Source of the DNA: Octopus sinensis
Lineage: Eukaryota
Length of the DNA stretch: 64,000 nucleotides
Direction: 5' to 3'
Assembly: GCF_006345805.1 (NCBI RefSeq)
Contig: NC_043000.1
Location: 27,528,001-27,592,000 of the forward strand
Both the position numbers and the translations under genes were made by a program. Below the pieces are notes generated by a model. That model was not told where the DNA came from and searched no databases. It saw only the letters and a program-made list of their open reading frames with translations. Positions 38,099 to 52,333 of the stretch are shown here, one piece after another (the first letter of the stretch is position 1; each line of letters opens with the position of its first letter).

Positions 38099-38143
<45 letters not shown>

Positions 38144-38149
38144 TATATT

Positions 38150-38452
38150 GTTGTCTGATCATTCTCGATCCAAGCCTGGCTCGTAGGGCCGGCTTCCTGG
38201 TTTCCTTGGCGTATAGGATTCCCCACCTGGACGGGACGCCGGTCCGTCGCAGGTGAGCTGCTGATTCTGTAGGAAAGAGTGGGGGAATGTTGTGGCGAAG
38301 AGTCAGGAGAAGTTCAACATTACCTTCTGCCGGAGCCGCGTGGAGCTTAGGTGCTTCGCTAATAAACACATACATCGCCCGCTCTGAGATTTCGAACCCG
38401 AGATCCCCTGACCGCGAATCCGCTGCTCTAATCACTAGGCCATGTGCATCCA
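38150..38452 (-). mobile_element. Full-length tRNA-derived SINE (third family)
   Basis: ggatgcacatggcctagtgattagagcagcgg...ggttcgaaatc head through ...gagccaggcttg tail. Confidence 0.85.
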
Positions 38453-38505
38453 CACACCCACACACACACACACGCACGCACATATATATATATATATATA
38501 TAATT

Positions 38506-38561
<56 letters not shown>

Positions 38562-38963
38562 ATATATACACACTATATATATATAAGTTATGCAGAGAAA
38601 ATCTTTGAGCAATGTAACGACATGCGTTTGCAGTTGATCACCACATACATGATTTTATTTTTGCAGCAGTCAAAATAATATATATATTGTAGGGCATTAC
38701 AATCATTAGAAAAAAATATTATTTATCTGGTGACGATTAAAGAAAGTACAATAACAGAAGGCAAATTAATAAAAAAAAAATGTATCAGCATTCTCATCTC
38801 AGAAACACCTCTACTTAGCACAGCCTCTATTATACAAAATTACCTTAACAATGCAATAATACTTTAACAACATATACAAGATCTGCAGTAACAAAGAGCC
38901 CCCTGAAAACCAATATAGTAATGCGCAAGGGATTTTGCACACACACACATACACAAACACTCG

Positions 38964-39032
<69 letters not shown>

Positions 39033-39177
39033 GGCATACATATTTAGATGTAGATGAATATACATAAATATATACGCTTATTATGTGGGTGTATGTAAAT
39101 GTACATATATTTAGATGTATTTAATTATATATGTATATACATACTATATATATATATATACACACACACACACATAT

Positions 39178-39211
<34 letters not shown>

Positions 39212-39245
39212 ATATATATACATATATATATATATATACATATTA

Positions 39246-39286
<41 letters not shown>

Positions 39287-40869
39287 GTGTGCACACGCAC
39301 ACGGACATATATAGAATGATCGTGTGTGTGTGTGGGTGTGTGTGTGTGTGTGCATGCATATGTATGTGTAGACGTACGTATTAATGTATATGTCAACTGA
39401 AGTAACCTCCCAGATCAATATGTCTATAACATGTCTATTGTGAAATTAAGGAAAAAGAAGCAGTAAAGAATGAGCGAAAAAGAGAGGTAGGGGAAAATAA
39501 AGAGACAGTGAGAATAAGAGAGAGAGAGGGAGAGCGTAAAAAAAAGAGATTCTATACTATTTTTTGTATAAGTTATTGCAAACTTTACACTGTTAATCTA
39601 CGAGTTTTAATGACATTCGATATTGAGTTGGGTTCCCTGAATAATTCCCAGAAGAGCACTTCTCTGCTAACTCATTACTCAGTGTCTGTTTACATATGTT
39701 TTTCTCCTTTTACAAATTTAGTTTTTATTGACTTAAATGGTGTATCATATTCGTAATATACTCATGTCGGATATGAAGTCCGGTTTAATGATGGGTAGAA
39801 AGAAAACTTTTCCAATTTTTTAATCGTTATATACGACACGATAGTTCGTCTCACATATCAGAAGATCCATTACATTCTGGTTTAATTCAGTTCACAATTT
39901 CCTTTTAAGGCATATTAAAAAACAATATTGCATTCTGTTTTTGGCTCTTAGCACCAATTCTTTATTTCACTGCCAAATATATTCTGCTATTCCTTCCTCC
40001 GTTTTATTTCCTGTTTACTTTCCTCTACATTTTATAGATATTTTTTTTTAATTCTACCATTGTAAAAATAGACGAATTGTTTTATTTAAGCTTAGCTTTG
40101 TCAGAGGTATTTATCGTTTTCAAAGTTTTATATATGGGTGTGTGTGGAGGATATCACTGACATATCTACAATGTTTCCCTAGTCATCGAATTCTTTGTTA
40201 CGCTTGAAGAACACCGCCCATTGCCTTCTTCCACATGCAAAGCTAATATTCTTTTTTTAAATTTTTCTTTCATTTACTAGTTATTCGTTTTTCTCCTTTT
40301 CTTCATTTTGTTTTCTAAGCGATTCGCTCTTCTCTACGATTGTTTATATCTACATTTTAAAAATTTCCCTTTTCATTTATATCCTTTTAGGAAAGCTTAA
40401 AATGTACATTTTACTAAATTATATCGTATATCATGCATTGTTGTGATAGCTCTTAGCAGATCGTGATAAATACCTAAGTTTGTGCATTTATTGGACGTTT
40501 CACGAGTTGTAGGATTAAAGATTGTTCATCAGATAATATCTTTCCATGCATTCAGCAAAAGAAGGAAAAAGAAAAGAAATTCCACCTTCTTTTCTCATTT
40601 CAATTTTAAGTGATGGATATAAACAGTTACTCTATCGACGTCTTTTTCAAATTTTCTGCAATTAACGATCGTCCAAATCCTACTAAATTCTACAAATGGA
40701 ATTAATTTTTTTTTCTGTGAATGAGGATGTTACACGACTAAAAAAGCAACATATAAATAAAATGATTGTTCACACACAGAAAAATGTGCAAATATAGCCA
40801 GAGAAGAAAATACAAATATTTAATATTTCAGTCAGTTGCCAGTTCGCAATTGTGTGAGTTTGTTATAAA

Positions 40870-40914
<45 letters not shown>

Positions 40915-41014
40915 NNNNNNNNNNNNNNNNNNNNNNNNNNNNNNNNNNNNNNNNNNNNNNNNNNNNNNNNNNNNNNNNNNNNNNNNNNNNNNNNNNNNNN
41001 NNNNNNNNNNNNNN
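40915..41014. other. 100-N scaffold gap flanked by a ~920-bp duplicated sequence (39997-40914 vs 41015-~41930)
   Basis: The copies differ mainly by single-base indels. Confidence 0.95.
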
Positions 41015-41896
41015 CTCCGTTTTATTTCCTGTTTACTTTCCTCTACATTTTATAGATATTTTTTTTTAATTCTACCATTGTAAAAATAGACGAATTGTTT
41101 TATTTAAGCTTAGCTTTTGTCAGAGGTATTTATCGTTTTCAAAGTTTTATATATGTGTGTGTGTTGGAGGATATCACTGACATTATCTACAATGTTTTCC
41201 CTAGTCATCGAATTCTTTGTTACGCTTGAAGAACACCGCCCATTGCCTTCTTCCACAATGCAAAGCTAATATTCTTTTTTTTAAATTTTTTCTTTCATTT
41301 ACTAGTTATTCGTTTTTCTCCTTTTCTTCATTTTGTTTTCCTAAGCGATTCGCTCTTCTCTACGATGTTTATATCTACATTTTAAAAATATTTCCCTTTT
41401 TCATTTATATCCTTTTAGGAAAGCTTAAAATGTACATTTTACTAAATTATATCGTATATCATGCATTGTTGTGATAGCTCTTAGCAGATCGTGATAAATA
41501 CCTAAGTTTGTGCATTTATTGGACGTTTCACGAGTTGTAGGATTAAAGATTGTTCCAGATAATATCTTTCCATGCATTCAGCAAAAGAAGGAAACAAAAG
41601 AAATTCCACCTTCTTTTCTCATTTCAATTTTAAGTGATGGATATAAACAGTTACTCTATCGACGTCTTTTTCAAATTTTCTGCAATTAACGATCGTCCAA
41701 ATCCTACTAAATTCTACAAATGGAATTAATTTTTTTTTCTGTGATATGAGGATGTTACACGACTAAAAAAAGCAACATATAACATAAAATGATTGTTCAC
41801 ACACAGAAAAATGTGCAAATATAGCCAGAGAAGAAATACAAATATTTAAATATTTCAGTCAGTTGCCAGTTCGCAATTGTTGAGTTTGTTATAAAA

Positions 41897-41953
<57 letters not shown>

Positions 41954-42010
41954 CTCTCTTCTCTCTCTCTCTCTCTCACTCTGTCTATCTATCTAGCTAG
42001 CTAGCTGTCG

Positions 42011-42106
<96 letters not shown>

Positions 42107-42719
42107 GTCTATCTATCTATCTATCTATCCCCTCTCTCCACTCTTCTCTTTCTCTTCTCTCTCTTTCTCTCTCATTCGTCCATTATTTTTTTCTCGGACA
42201 TTAATATGTGTTCCTATAAAATGGATGGCTTACTTAAGCAGAAGTGTTTTCTTATTCAAATTCTTTCATTAATTGCTGCTGTACGGTTGTTCTAGAGATA
42301 TCGCAGAAGTTGTTAGAATCAATTAAAGCCAAACTATTTGTTTTAAAGAGCTGACGAATTCTACCCATCATTGGCGATATCCAGAGGACTTCAAACTGAC
42401 GGGTAATAAATATTTAGATGTTATGAGTCAGTCTTTTGCAATGTATAACTATATCTAAGTCGTATTTTCATTTAGTTACCAAAGTGCATTGCAATACCTT
42501 GTAACCTTTAAATGTGGAGAGCGATACAATAGATTTAGTTAAGCATGTACAACATTGCGATGCTAAAGTCCAGTTGCTAGCCCATTTACATTACATGATG
42601 AATATTTGGGCGAATATGACTATCATATATATGGGAACAAGTGTAGCTATGTTGCGGAGGCGTTAGATTTACAGTTACAAATGGAACACTACAGAAATCC
42701 CTCGCCATATTGTTTTCAG

Positions 42720-43047
42720 TCGAGTTTGTTTGTTTGACCGTGGACAAGATATCTCAAGAACTTCCTGATGGATTTGGATGAAACTTTTAGTGACGTTTGG
42801 CCTCATGACTGGCACGAATGATTAGATTTGGGGATCGATCCGGTAGCGGACAAGGATTCGAGATTATTTTTCGTTTCTTTTTACTTATTTTTTTCTGAGC
42901 TGTCGAGTTCATTTTTAGTATTCCCGTTTGTGAGAGCAGTCGAGTATATTTCAGGTATTCTCATTTTTAATATTATCTCTGGCTAATCATTAAGAGGACG
43001 TTGACGTTACCATGGCAGAGGTTTGCACTCTCTCAGTGCTCTTGTTT
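42720..43047 (+). mobile_element. Helentron/HINE (DINE-1-like) non-autonomous element, 5' end eroded
   Basis: (GTTT)n followed by gatatctcaagaact..gatggatttggatgaaactt. The 3' end has ccatggcagaggttt + hairpin gcact-ctctc-agtgc + cttgttt. Family assignment is from recalled structure. Confidence 0.6.
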
Positions 43048-43333
43048 AAGCTCACGTCGATTCTTCCGTGGTATTGTTTTGCATTTAAAATAAAATAAAC
43101 GTATACAAATTACAGAAGTAATTTTTAAAAGATATACAATACAGTACTGTTTCTACTTAGCAGGTTTTCACCTACCGCGGGCTTTTTGGAACATAGCGCC
43201 TGTATGTAGATGCAACATTTCTTGGATATAAATTAATTTGAAGCTATTCATATAGATTTTGTGTGCGTGTTTTGTGTTTGAGTATACTTGTGATGTATAT
43301 CTTTAATTCTTTTATTCTTTTACTTGTTTCAGT

Positions 43334-43398
<65 letters not shown>

Positions 43399-43604
43399 AT
43401 TCGAGGATGTCGGATCCTCATTAAGGATTAAATAATCCAAAAATTTCGCTGTTTAAACACTATCAAATCATATATGTAGGACTGTGGCATGTGCCATTTC
43501 TATTTTTGAGGTATATAATTTATATTAATTTGTAATGTTTTATAAAAAAAAATTCAACCTCATAATACTATACAAATATTTATTATACATCCATATATAT
43601 ATAG

Positions 43605-43643
<39 letters not shown>

Positions 43644-43874
43644 AGGTATTTGGTTAACGAGAGTGATGGAAGAGAATATTTTTAACCATTACAATTGTCT
43701 CGCTCACCTAGCATCGATCCCTCACGGTTAGATATTTAAAAACTTTGAAAATAAACGTGCCTTACCACTAGGCTACCAGGTATATGCCACACTCATTATT
43801 ATCTAACACACATGCAACAAAACCTACACGCACACACATACACATACATATACACCCACACACACCACTTATAT

Positions 43875-43917
<43 letters not shown>

Positions 43918-44571
43918 AAAATATATATATGTAATATATATATATATAACATAAAGCAAAGTGCAAGAATGCTAGTGTAGACACAAAGTTCACATCATGT
44001 GCGCAGCTATCATTACAGTTAAAAATTATATTTTGGGATATTTTTTTTAACGAACACAAGGGAAAACCATAGCATGCATAAAACAGATATAGAAATATAA
44101 ATCTCGAAAAGATGGTATATTCTAAATGAATAATATCTGATGTAGTGGCAAGGTCACACAAAGTTTATGTATTTTAGGCTTAGAGCGAAACATTGAAAAT
44201 TTGTTCAGTGTAGAGAATTTATGCAATTGTAAAACGAAAAAAAAAAGAGAAGAAAAATGAAATAAATTGCATAACAGACCAAAATAACGAAAAACAATGA
44301 ATATTGAATCCATATCTCGTTATAATAGGTTAGAGAAAATAAAGTAGATAGTGCTTAAAGCTACCATAAATTTCAGTATAACCGCATGAACTATATACTA
44401 ACAGCTTTCTGTGACGTGTAATTATGTGCGTTACGTATATACGTATATACATGAAACACATACCCATATGCATAAGGGTACACACACACACACATATATA
44501 TATATATTTATTTATTTATATGCATGTGTCTGTGTGTATGTTTGTGTGTGTGTGTGTTCATGTGAGTGTGT

Positions 44572-44692
44572 AGGCGCAGGCGTGGCTTTGTGGCGAGAAG
44601 CATGCTTGCAGATCACAAGTTCCGTTATCAGTCACACTGCGTAACACCTTGTGAGTAGATTTGTTTGGCGGAATCTGAAAGAAGCCTGTGGT
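44572..44692 (+). mobile_element. Nin/Deu-like SINE 5' part
   Basis: gtaggcgcaggcgtggctttgtgg...ccttgtgagtagatttgtttggcggaatctgaaagaagcc. Confidence 0.7.
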
Positions 44693-44727
44693 ATATATAT
44701 ATATATATATTATATATATATATTATA

Positions 44728-44822
<95 letters not shown>

Positions 44823-46189
44823 GTATATATATATGTATATATATATATTATAATATATATATATATATATATATATCATATATAATATATATATATATAA
44901 TATATATATATACAGTGTACATTTAAACAAGTAAGAGGTATCCGTTATAGGATTGCTTTCACGCTAGAAGGAACAGCTAAAGTCCAAACCCCTTTTAGGG
45001 ATAAAAACTCGAAGGGAATGAAGAATAAAAACATTTAACATCTATCACCTTGACCATGATTTCAGACGTTTCTTTAGCAAATAGAATAATTTGCTAGGCA
45101 AAGTCTTAATCAACAGGTACGCCTAGATTAAACATATAATTACGCCTAGATTAAACATATAAACATGTGCCTCTTGCTTATACATTATAATTTTTGAAAA
45201 CCTCTTATGTGTTACAATGTACACTGTATTTATATGAATAATATATAGTCTATTGACTAATTTTTCTACACGCTAGGGCACAGCTAGTAAACATTTCTAA
45301 AATCTTTATTACCCTGATATTATTAACTATATATAAATGTATATGTTTGTATATCTGTGTGTGTGTGTGTGTGTGTGTCTTTCTGCCTGTGTTTTGTGCC
45401 CCCACCAGCAGTGTTGGTGTGTTTCCTCTAATCATTGTAGGTGCGTTACTAATTTTTAGCATGCTTTAATGCTAAATTTACAAATTTTGACTTTTGTTCA
45501 AATTTTAATCTATAATGTATTTAATGGTTTAAATTTTAAAACTCCTCTAACGAGTTTAATTTATAATTATATCCGACTTTCAATGTTATTTCATTTTAAA
45601 CAACTCAGCTTGACTCAATCTCATTTCAACCTAACAACTCTCAATTTATCAGTATTTTACTCGTATATCCTAGCCAATCAGAGCTTTCTCAGCATCCACA
45701 TCACAATATGATTGCCAATACTATTTCTAATACTATTCTTCTACTATGCTTGATAACACCAATGACCAAATATTGAAGACATAAGTTGACCATGTGTGTA
45801 AATGGTCCATTTCAAATTTCAATACACCATTTGGAGAATATGTAAGCTAAAAACGTGCAAATACGTCCATGGGTAAATATGTTCCTGATTCCAAACACTA
45901 ATATTTTATGACGGTCCTTTTCCATCCTATCCCCTTCCTTCCAATAAGTGACCCCTTCCTTTATTCTTTCTTCTATTCTTTCCTTCCTACATTTCACCTT
46001 ATTGTAACTTGTCTTCCTCTTTACTTTACTCTACTTGCCTCTTCCCTCTTTTCCTCCATCTCCGTGCACGTTCTTCTGCTTTGCTACAGCCAGACATGTC
46101 TCTGACGAAACTAGCATTATTCTTTTTTAGGTCTTCCATTTTTCTCAAGGGATCAATAAACCAATTGAGTAAACATATTACTAACTTAC

Positions 46190-46198
46190 CTATAATGA
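46190..46198 (-). CDS. Candidate 9-nt micro-exon, phase 1-1 (VII)
   Basis: ggtgttttcaacag|TCATTATAG|gtaagt. An alternative acceptor 13 nt upstream is possible. Confidence 0.35.
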   Translation of the reverse strand, partial: SL

Positions 46199-46226
46199 CT
46201 GTTGAAAACACCTATAACAGGTTAAC

Positions 46227-46304
<78 letters not shown>

Positions 46305-47811
46305 ATATCGATGGATACATTGAGAGATTGAGTGAGGGAAAATTAATACGATGTTTTATTATAATTCACTTCCCTCTTTCCTACAATAAATAATTTATAT
46401 CTTTGATATTTCTTCATAAATTTCCATGTTCTTAGCTTGAAATATATTTCCCGAAAAGTTCTCTGTGAACAAAAATGCGTCTTCGTGTCGTGGATTTTTA
46501 TAGAGACAAAGCTTCTTATGGTAAAAATGTTCCTGATGGCTATAATTTCCTTTAATTTATGCACATGTTATAACTTTCATGTTGTAACTGCAGCATTTTT
46601 TTCTTTTCTTCTCCACGTATCCTCTCCTTATTTTTTGATTGTGCTGAACAAATCTTTATGTAAACATAAAGATTAAAGCCTTTGAAACGTGTTGCAAATC
46701 TATTGTCTTTGCACCTTAAATAAATTCACAAAGTAATATTGTGTGAAATTGTATTGCATATATTTTACCCATTATCTATAATAAATCTTTAGAAGTGGTT
46801 GCCTCTTCACGTTTCGTGACCACTTTGCTGTGTTGAGACACAATCCGACAAAGAAATAGTTGAAGTAATCTTTCTTCCTTAGGAAAAAAAGTGCATGAAA
46901 ATTTAGGTTCTGGTTTCAAATTCCAAAGATTTCGTTTCGTCTTTCATTTCTCTGAGGTAGAATTAAAAGAACCAAGCTAACATATACAACATTGCATCTT
47001 TGTAAAAAATGTTCTTTATATAATTTTTGGATTTTACTGTCTTGATGCTGTTCTAGCTTTTACGATTAAAATAAAGTTACTTCAACCAAAAGGAAGAATT
47101 TTCTTTTCATCTGGGCATATTTAAATAGGACATGCGAATTCGATGCAAAAACAAAAACAAAAACAAGAGCAAAAACACACACGCCTTCAAATCATTGCTT
47201 CGTCTAAAGATAGCAATACATATGGGACTAATATATACATGTGAGTTCAATGTGCTTTCGAAATGAGATTGACCACCTTTGAACATAAGTGAGTTAAATG
47301 AATCTAATATGTTGCCACAACATCGAATAGAGAAACACTAGTAGAAGGGCAACTGCTTGTGACCTAGAAAATATATTTCGACGATGTGTAATTTCCAGTG
47401 TGCATTTAGACCTTAATAGGATAGTCATGGCAAATGAAGTTTTATGGCCAAACAGACAGTAGTGAAAAAGGAGTAAAACTCCCAAAACAATTATGCGAAG
47501 AGATGAATAAAAGATCTAAACCATTTAATATCTGTTGCAAAAAAGTCGATTGAAAACCCACTTAGGAAAAACAGAACATGATGTTTCAGACATCAGGCCG
47601 TTCAAAAATTACGTGAGGAAGTAATTCTCTTTTAGTTTTGTTGCTGACCTATGTTATCCCTGTATATCCATCACAAAAAGCCTCTGTAGTAAACCTGTTC
47701 AAGAGATTTCATGCTATTGATTTTTAATAGATATGAATAGTACGACACTGCTTGGAGTGAAATACTCTGGTGATCTTTGTATTCTTGTATTTTTGAAATT
47801 TGAGTAAGTCT

Positions 47812-48234
47812 ACATTGGCAAGCAATTAGGCCGGCGAACTTCCAAGATATAGCTCCCAGATCATCACAGATCTTCCTCTATGTTTAACAGTTGGAATAAG
47901 GCAGTCTGGACAGCCAAATGCTTCTTTTGGCTGTCTCCACGCGTATATTCGGCCGGTGGTCGGCAATAGGGTAAAGGATGACATTCTTCCACTGCTCTAG
48001 GGACCAATTCTGTAGGTTTTTACTAAACTCTAAGCACTTCGCAATGTTTGTTTATGGAAGTAGTGGTTTTCTGATTGCAGCCCTCTAATTGCAGCAAATT
48101 TAGCAAAACATATTAAGCAACACTAATAATTAATCAAAAAACATAAAAAATAAACAAGCTTTTGTCGGTTTTAATGATATTCCAAACTTATGATGCTATG
48201 ATGCAAGGTGTTTCCATTATTTTGTCCAACCCCT
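47812..48234 (-). mobile_element. Tc1-like transposon 5' fragment with one TIR
   Basis: TIR-like aggggttggacaaaataatggaaacacc at 48207-48234. WSLEQWKNVI, FTLLPTTGRIYAWRQPKEAF..DCLIPTVKHRGRSVMIW. Confidence 0.85.
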
Positions 48235-48374
48235 ATTGATGGTTACACCAGTAAGTAAGTCCGGAACAATGGATACAGAGGGGCAGAGAAAGGTGTGGGA
48301 CAGAAAGGGAGAGAGAGAAAAAACGTGGAAAAAAAGAAAACGATAAATAATGTGCTATACAGGGGAGGGGGAAC

Positions 48375-48495
48375 ATCAAAGTGGAAAAGGATCCCATAAC
48401 TTTTAAACGGAATCTGGACAAATTTCTTCGAGGAATACCAGATAAGCCAACTATACATGGATACAACTCACTCAAAAAGAACTCGAACGGACCAT
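48375..48495 (+). mobile_element. CR1-like LINE extreme 3' fragment
   Basis: KDPITFKRNLDKFLRGIPDKPTIHGYNS parallels the 35450-35520 region. Confidence 0.55.
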
Positions 48496-48610
48496 GATAC
48501 CACGAAACTTGACTTAAAAACGGTTCAGCTAATCCTATTAGGTTGTTCTATTAGGGCCAACATAGCCTGGACAATCTTTGATCGAAACCTATATAAATTA
48601 TCTAAGTCAA

Positions 48611-48648
<38 letters not shown>

Positions 48649-50268
48649 CTTTAGTTAAATAAATTCAATAAGAATATTGTATACTGAATTTATATCGAGT
48701 GCTCTATTGTATTAAAGTATTAATACTATTAAAGTATTTATGTATTTAATACGAGCGATTATATATATTTTATATAATATATCATTATTATTAACATCAG
48801 GAAATCAATATTAGAAAATTCTTCAGAAAGTTATATACGTGTGTAAAATTTTTCTTGTATTAAAAATACAAATATATATACATATATGTAAATATATGTT
48901 AGTTTGGAACAGATCTTCAGAAGCGATAACAAGCCGAAAGGGTATGCTCCCATTTTCAGTGTTTTCAAATTCAAACAAGGGCATTCTGAGCTGATGAGAG
49001 AAGGGTCGATTTTGGCTAATCTTGAAACGTACGTACTCAAATAACCTTTGCATTTGATTTTTTAATGTCTCTACCCTCATACTTTCTTGAGTTGAATTGA
49101 GCAAACACTATATGAGAGAGGTTTTCTTTAAGTGTTAGAAATAGTTTTTTTAGCTGCTATTTCTAACGAGTTCAGTATGCGGCAAAGTAATTTATTTTAC
49201 TAAGCCCTTTTATATAATGTAATAATTTGAATTTGCCTTAAATGGTCCCTTTGCATACTGAATACTTGGTGAAATTGATTAATTAATTAATTAATTTTAC
49301 CCTCAATTGTTGAAATTATATGTAAATATGTATAAGTATAAATATATAATAATGACATTTTTAAAAGTTTCGAATTAAATTTTTAATGTATCTTACGATC
49401 GTTTCGTATAAGTGCTGTCCCTACAATGGAATCCTATATTGATAAGCATCTATAGACAACTCTTCTGCTCTTCAGAGATATAAAATGCTAAATTTGCATA
49501 ATTTATCGAATTGTAGTTTTAAAAAAATATGAAGTAATATAGGAAAATGGTATTTGTTTCAAATAAAATTTTAAAATATTGCTTTTGATTTTGGAATACA
49601 AGACAATATAATGGATTTTACACATAACTATTTTGGATTATTACAGAAGAATTACCAATAAAGCATATATGGATTTAAGGACTCTCATACTAAAGTGTGC
49701 TTACTAAAATGAAAAGCAATAAATTTTAATTTTATTTTATATTTCAAGCAAAAAATCTAATTGCAGACTTGGATGCCACACCTCATTGATCAAATTCAGA
49801 AGGAAATAAACAAATTTCCCGTTGTAATACTCTTCAAAATCCATGATTACAGCTTTGTATGATCAGATAATTATGTTTTCATTCAGCATATTCCCCGCTC
49901 CCATTCACACTCTTATTGCATCGGTCCATCCCTGCAAAGAACACCGAAGTTTGGGCTTCCAGCCAGATCTTTTGCAAAACCCAAAAAGCCAGGCACATTT
50001 TTCAGCACCATGTCGTATATACATATGTACGATTACCTCAATTTTTACAGTTACATGCACCTTCGTTTACACAGCTCCCCATCTGGATTATACTACTGGG
50101 CACACATTTTGAGTATTTGGCTTTTCTTTCTCCTTACTACTCATTTTCCACCGACACTTCTCAGAAATTGTAGCAACAATTAATTTTGGGAATGGACCCC
50201 TTCTTATCGATTTTTTCGTCCACTTTCTATCACTTTTCCGCTCTTTCTCTTTCCCTCACTGTTGATAG

Positions 50269-50347
<79 letters not shown>

Positions 50348-51864
50348 CATTTCTGCATACAGATACTATGCATATACATAAATATGTATATGCAAACCTA
50401 ATGTATACGTACATACATATATGTGTGTGAGTGTGTGTCTTTGTGTATGTGTGTATGTGTGTGTGTGTATACACAGAGATGCATGAATATATATTTGTAG
50501 GGTGATATGGGAGTGTACTCGCGTTTAGGCATGAGTGCCTGCGTGCGTCTGGATGAGCGTTTGTGTAATTTAAAAATTCAGTTTTATACGAGCTGCGGGG
50601 AAACGTTTCAAGTTTACATAATCAGACAGACCGACACACAAACTCTTACATATACATACACGTGCATACGCACATATAAAAGCACAATGATACACGTCAA
50701 ATGCACATATACACGCCGCGATCATACATACAGAAACTTACAAATAGAATGCTTACTTGTATGTGTGTGTGTGTTTATGCATGTTTGTATGTATGTATGA
50801 ATGTATGTATATGTATGTATGTATATGTATTTGCATATTTTTATGGATGTATGGACATGAATACGGGAGTGCGTAATTCTTCATCTTTATATAAACAATA
50901 ATTCTATTGTGATATATGTAGTAATATATGCCCGCATAGAAGGCTCATTCATGTTTGTGTACTATTAAAAATATCTATATCTGAATACACAAGAGACTCC
51001 CTTCGTTGAAGCTGACGTATTATCTTTGAACATAGAACTGTTTATAACCGAATTAATAAATTCAGGATTGCAAACGAGCGAATTGTTTATAACAAAGTTT
51101 AAACTTCATTGATACTGTTAAATGCACAAAGAGAATACTTAATTCGCAGGGAAAAGAAATGTATCGATGCCTGGATTTTGTAAGGCGTTGTCAATGTTAG
51201 GAATATAAAAGAATAGCAGACGAACGGGAATGGCATCTCAATGATAGATTCCTATCACACGCTGTACAGTTATGTTGCAGTAGTCACACAGGAGATTGGA
51301 ATTTTTCCTACGAAATCAAGTGTTCTCGCCTGTACAAGCAGTGTATGTGTCTCAAAAGAAATATAAATAGTGTAGCATTACATAACAAACGAACGGTCGG
51401 ATTTCTATTAAATCAAATTATTTCTCTTTTTCGAAATTATTCGTACTGCTTTTATACTTATTTAAAGTTCAAATTCCAATCAGATACTTTTGTAGAATAC
51501 TACACTATAAGTTTCGGCACAGCATATTAACTGTCAATATAGAAGGCGCCATTGCGCAACCCGTCAGTTCTTCTCTGCTCTCACTGACTGAATAAAAACC
51601 ATTATTTACGTTATGTCAGATATTTTGTTTCTCCATCCTTTATCTTTTACTTGCTCTCTTCACTCATTGGACTACAACAATGCATTGAAGAGTATAGTCA
51701 AACTAATCGCTGCCGGTATTTAATATCTTTTCAAACTTCGGAGCTTATTATGGAATAAACAAGATTTGGGTTAATTCAAATACGTTTCGGACATTACTAT
51801 ATTCCTCAACATTTTTTATACACATGGGTTAGCTGTCTACAGAATTCGAGGAACTTATACTCAC

Positions 51865-51922
51865 CAGTTATTATACACTCAAACACTAGCACAGCCTTCA
51901 GATAAAGTCATTTTTCACACGA
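51865..51922 (-). other. Candidate exon (58 nt, or 21 nt using the inner AG at 51886-51887), 5' end of the hypothetical micro-exon gene
   Basis: gtttgttacggtttttacag|TCGTGTGAAAAATGAC...ATAATAACTG|gtgagt. The long form has stops in all frames. The short form reads xFECIIT in phase 1-1. Confidence 0.35.
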
Positions 51923-52040
51923 CTGTAAAAACCGTAACAAACTGATAAATGTTAGATTAACAGCTCATGGATCATGACTTCAGAGATATCGGAAAAAATT
52001 TGTGGGACATGTGGGAAAGTACCTCATTACAACAAGGTCT

Positions 52041-52118
<78 letters not shown>

Positions 52119-52158
52119 CTCTCTCTCTGTCTCTCTCTCTCTTTCTCTCTCTCTCTCA

Positions 52159-52243
<85 letters not shown>

Positions 52244-52333
52244 ATATAAGGGTAGCAAAAAATTCTAGAAAAATGTTTCGCCACCAGCGGTCTAGTGGGA
52301 AAGAGAAATAGTCGCAGACTATATATATATAAT

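Noticed and set aside
37575-46170. Alternative plus-strand mini-gene (ATGG|gtgagt at ~37580, 54-nt exon 42349-42402, acceptor near 46130) giving MELTNSTHHWRYPEDFKLTGLPFFSRDQ*
   Set aside because: Only three segments, a 28-aa product and no family resemblance, so it is indistinguishable from chance without transcripts.
47885-47965. Plus-strand exon-like segment GIRQSGQPNASFGCLHAYIRPVVGNR
   Set aside because: It is the antisense strand of the Tc1 transposase fragment.
48823-49104. 93-aa minus-strand ORF with non-repetitive composition
   Set aside because: TTG-type start, no recognisable motif and no convincing splice boundaries.
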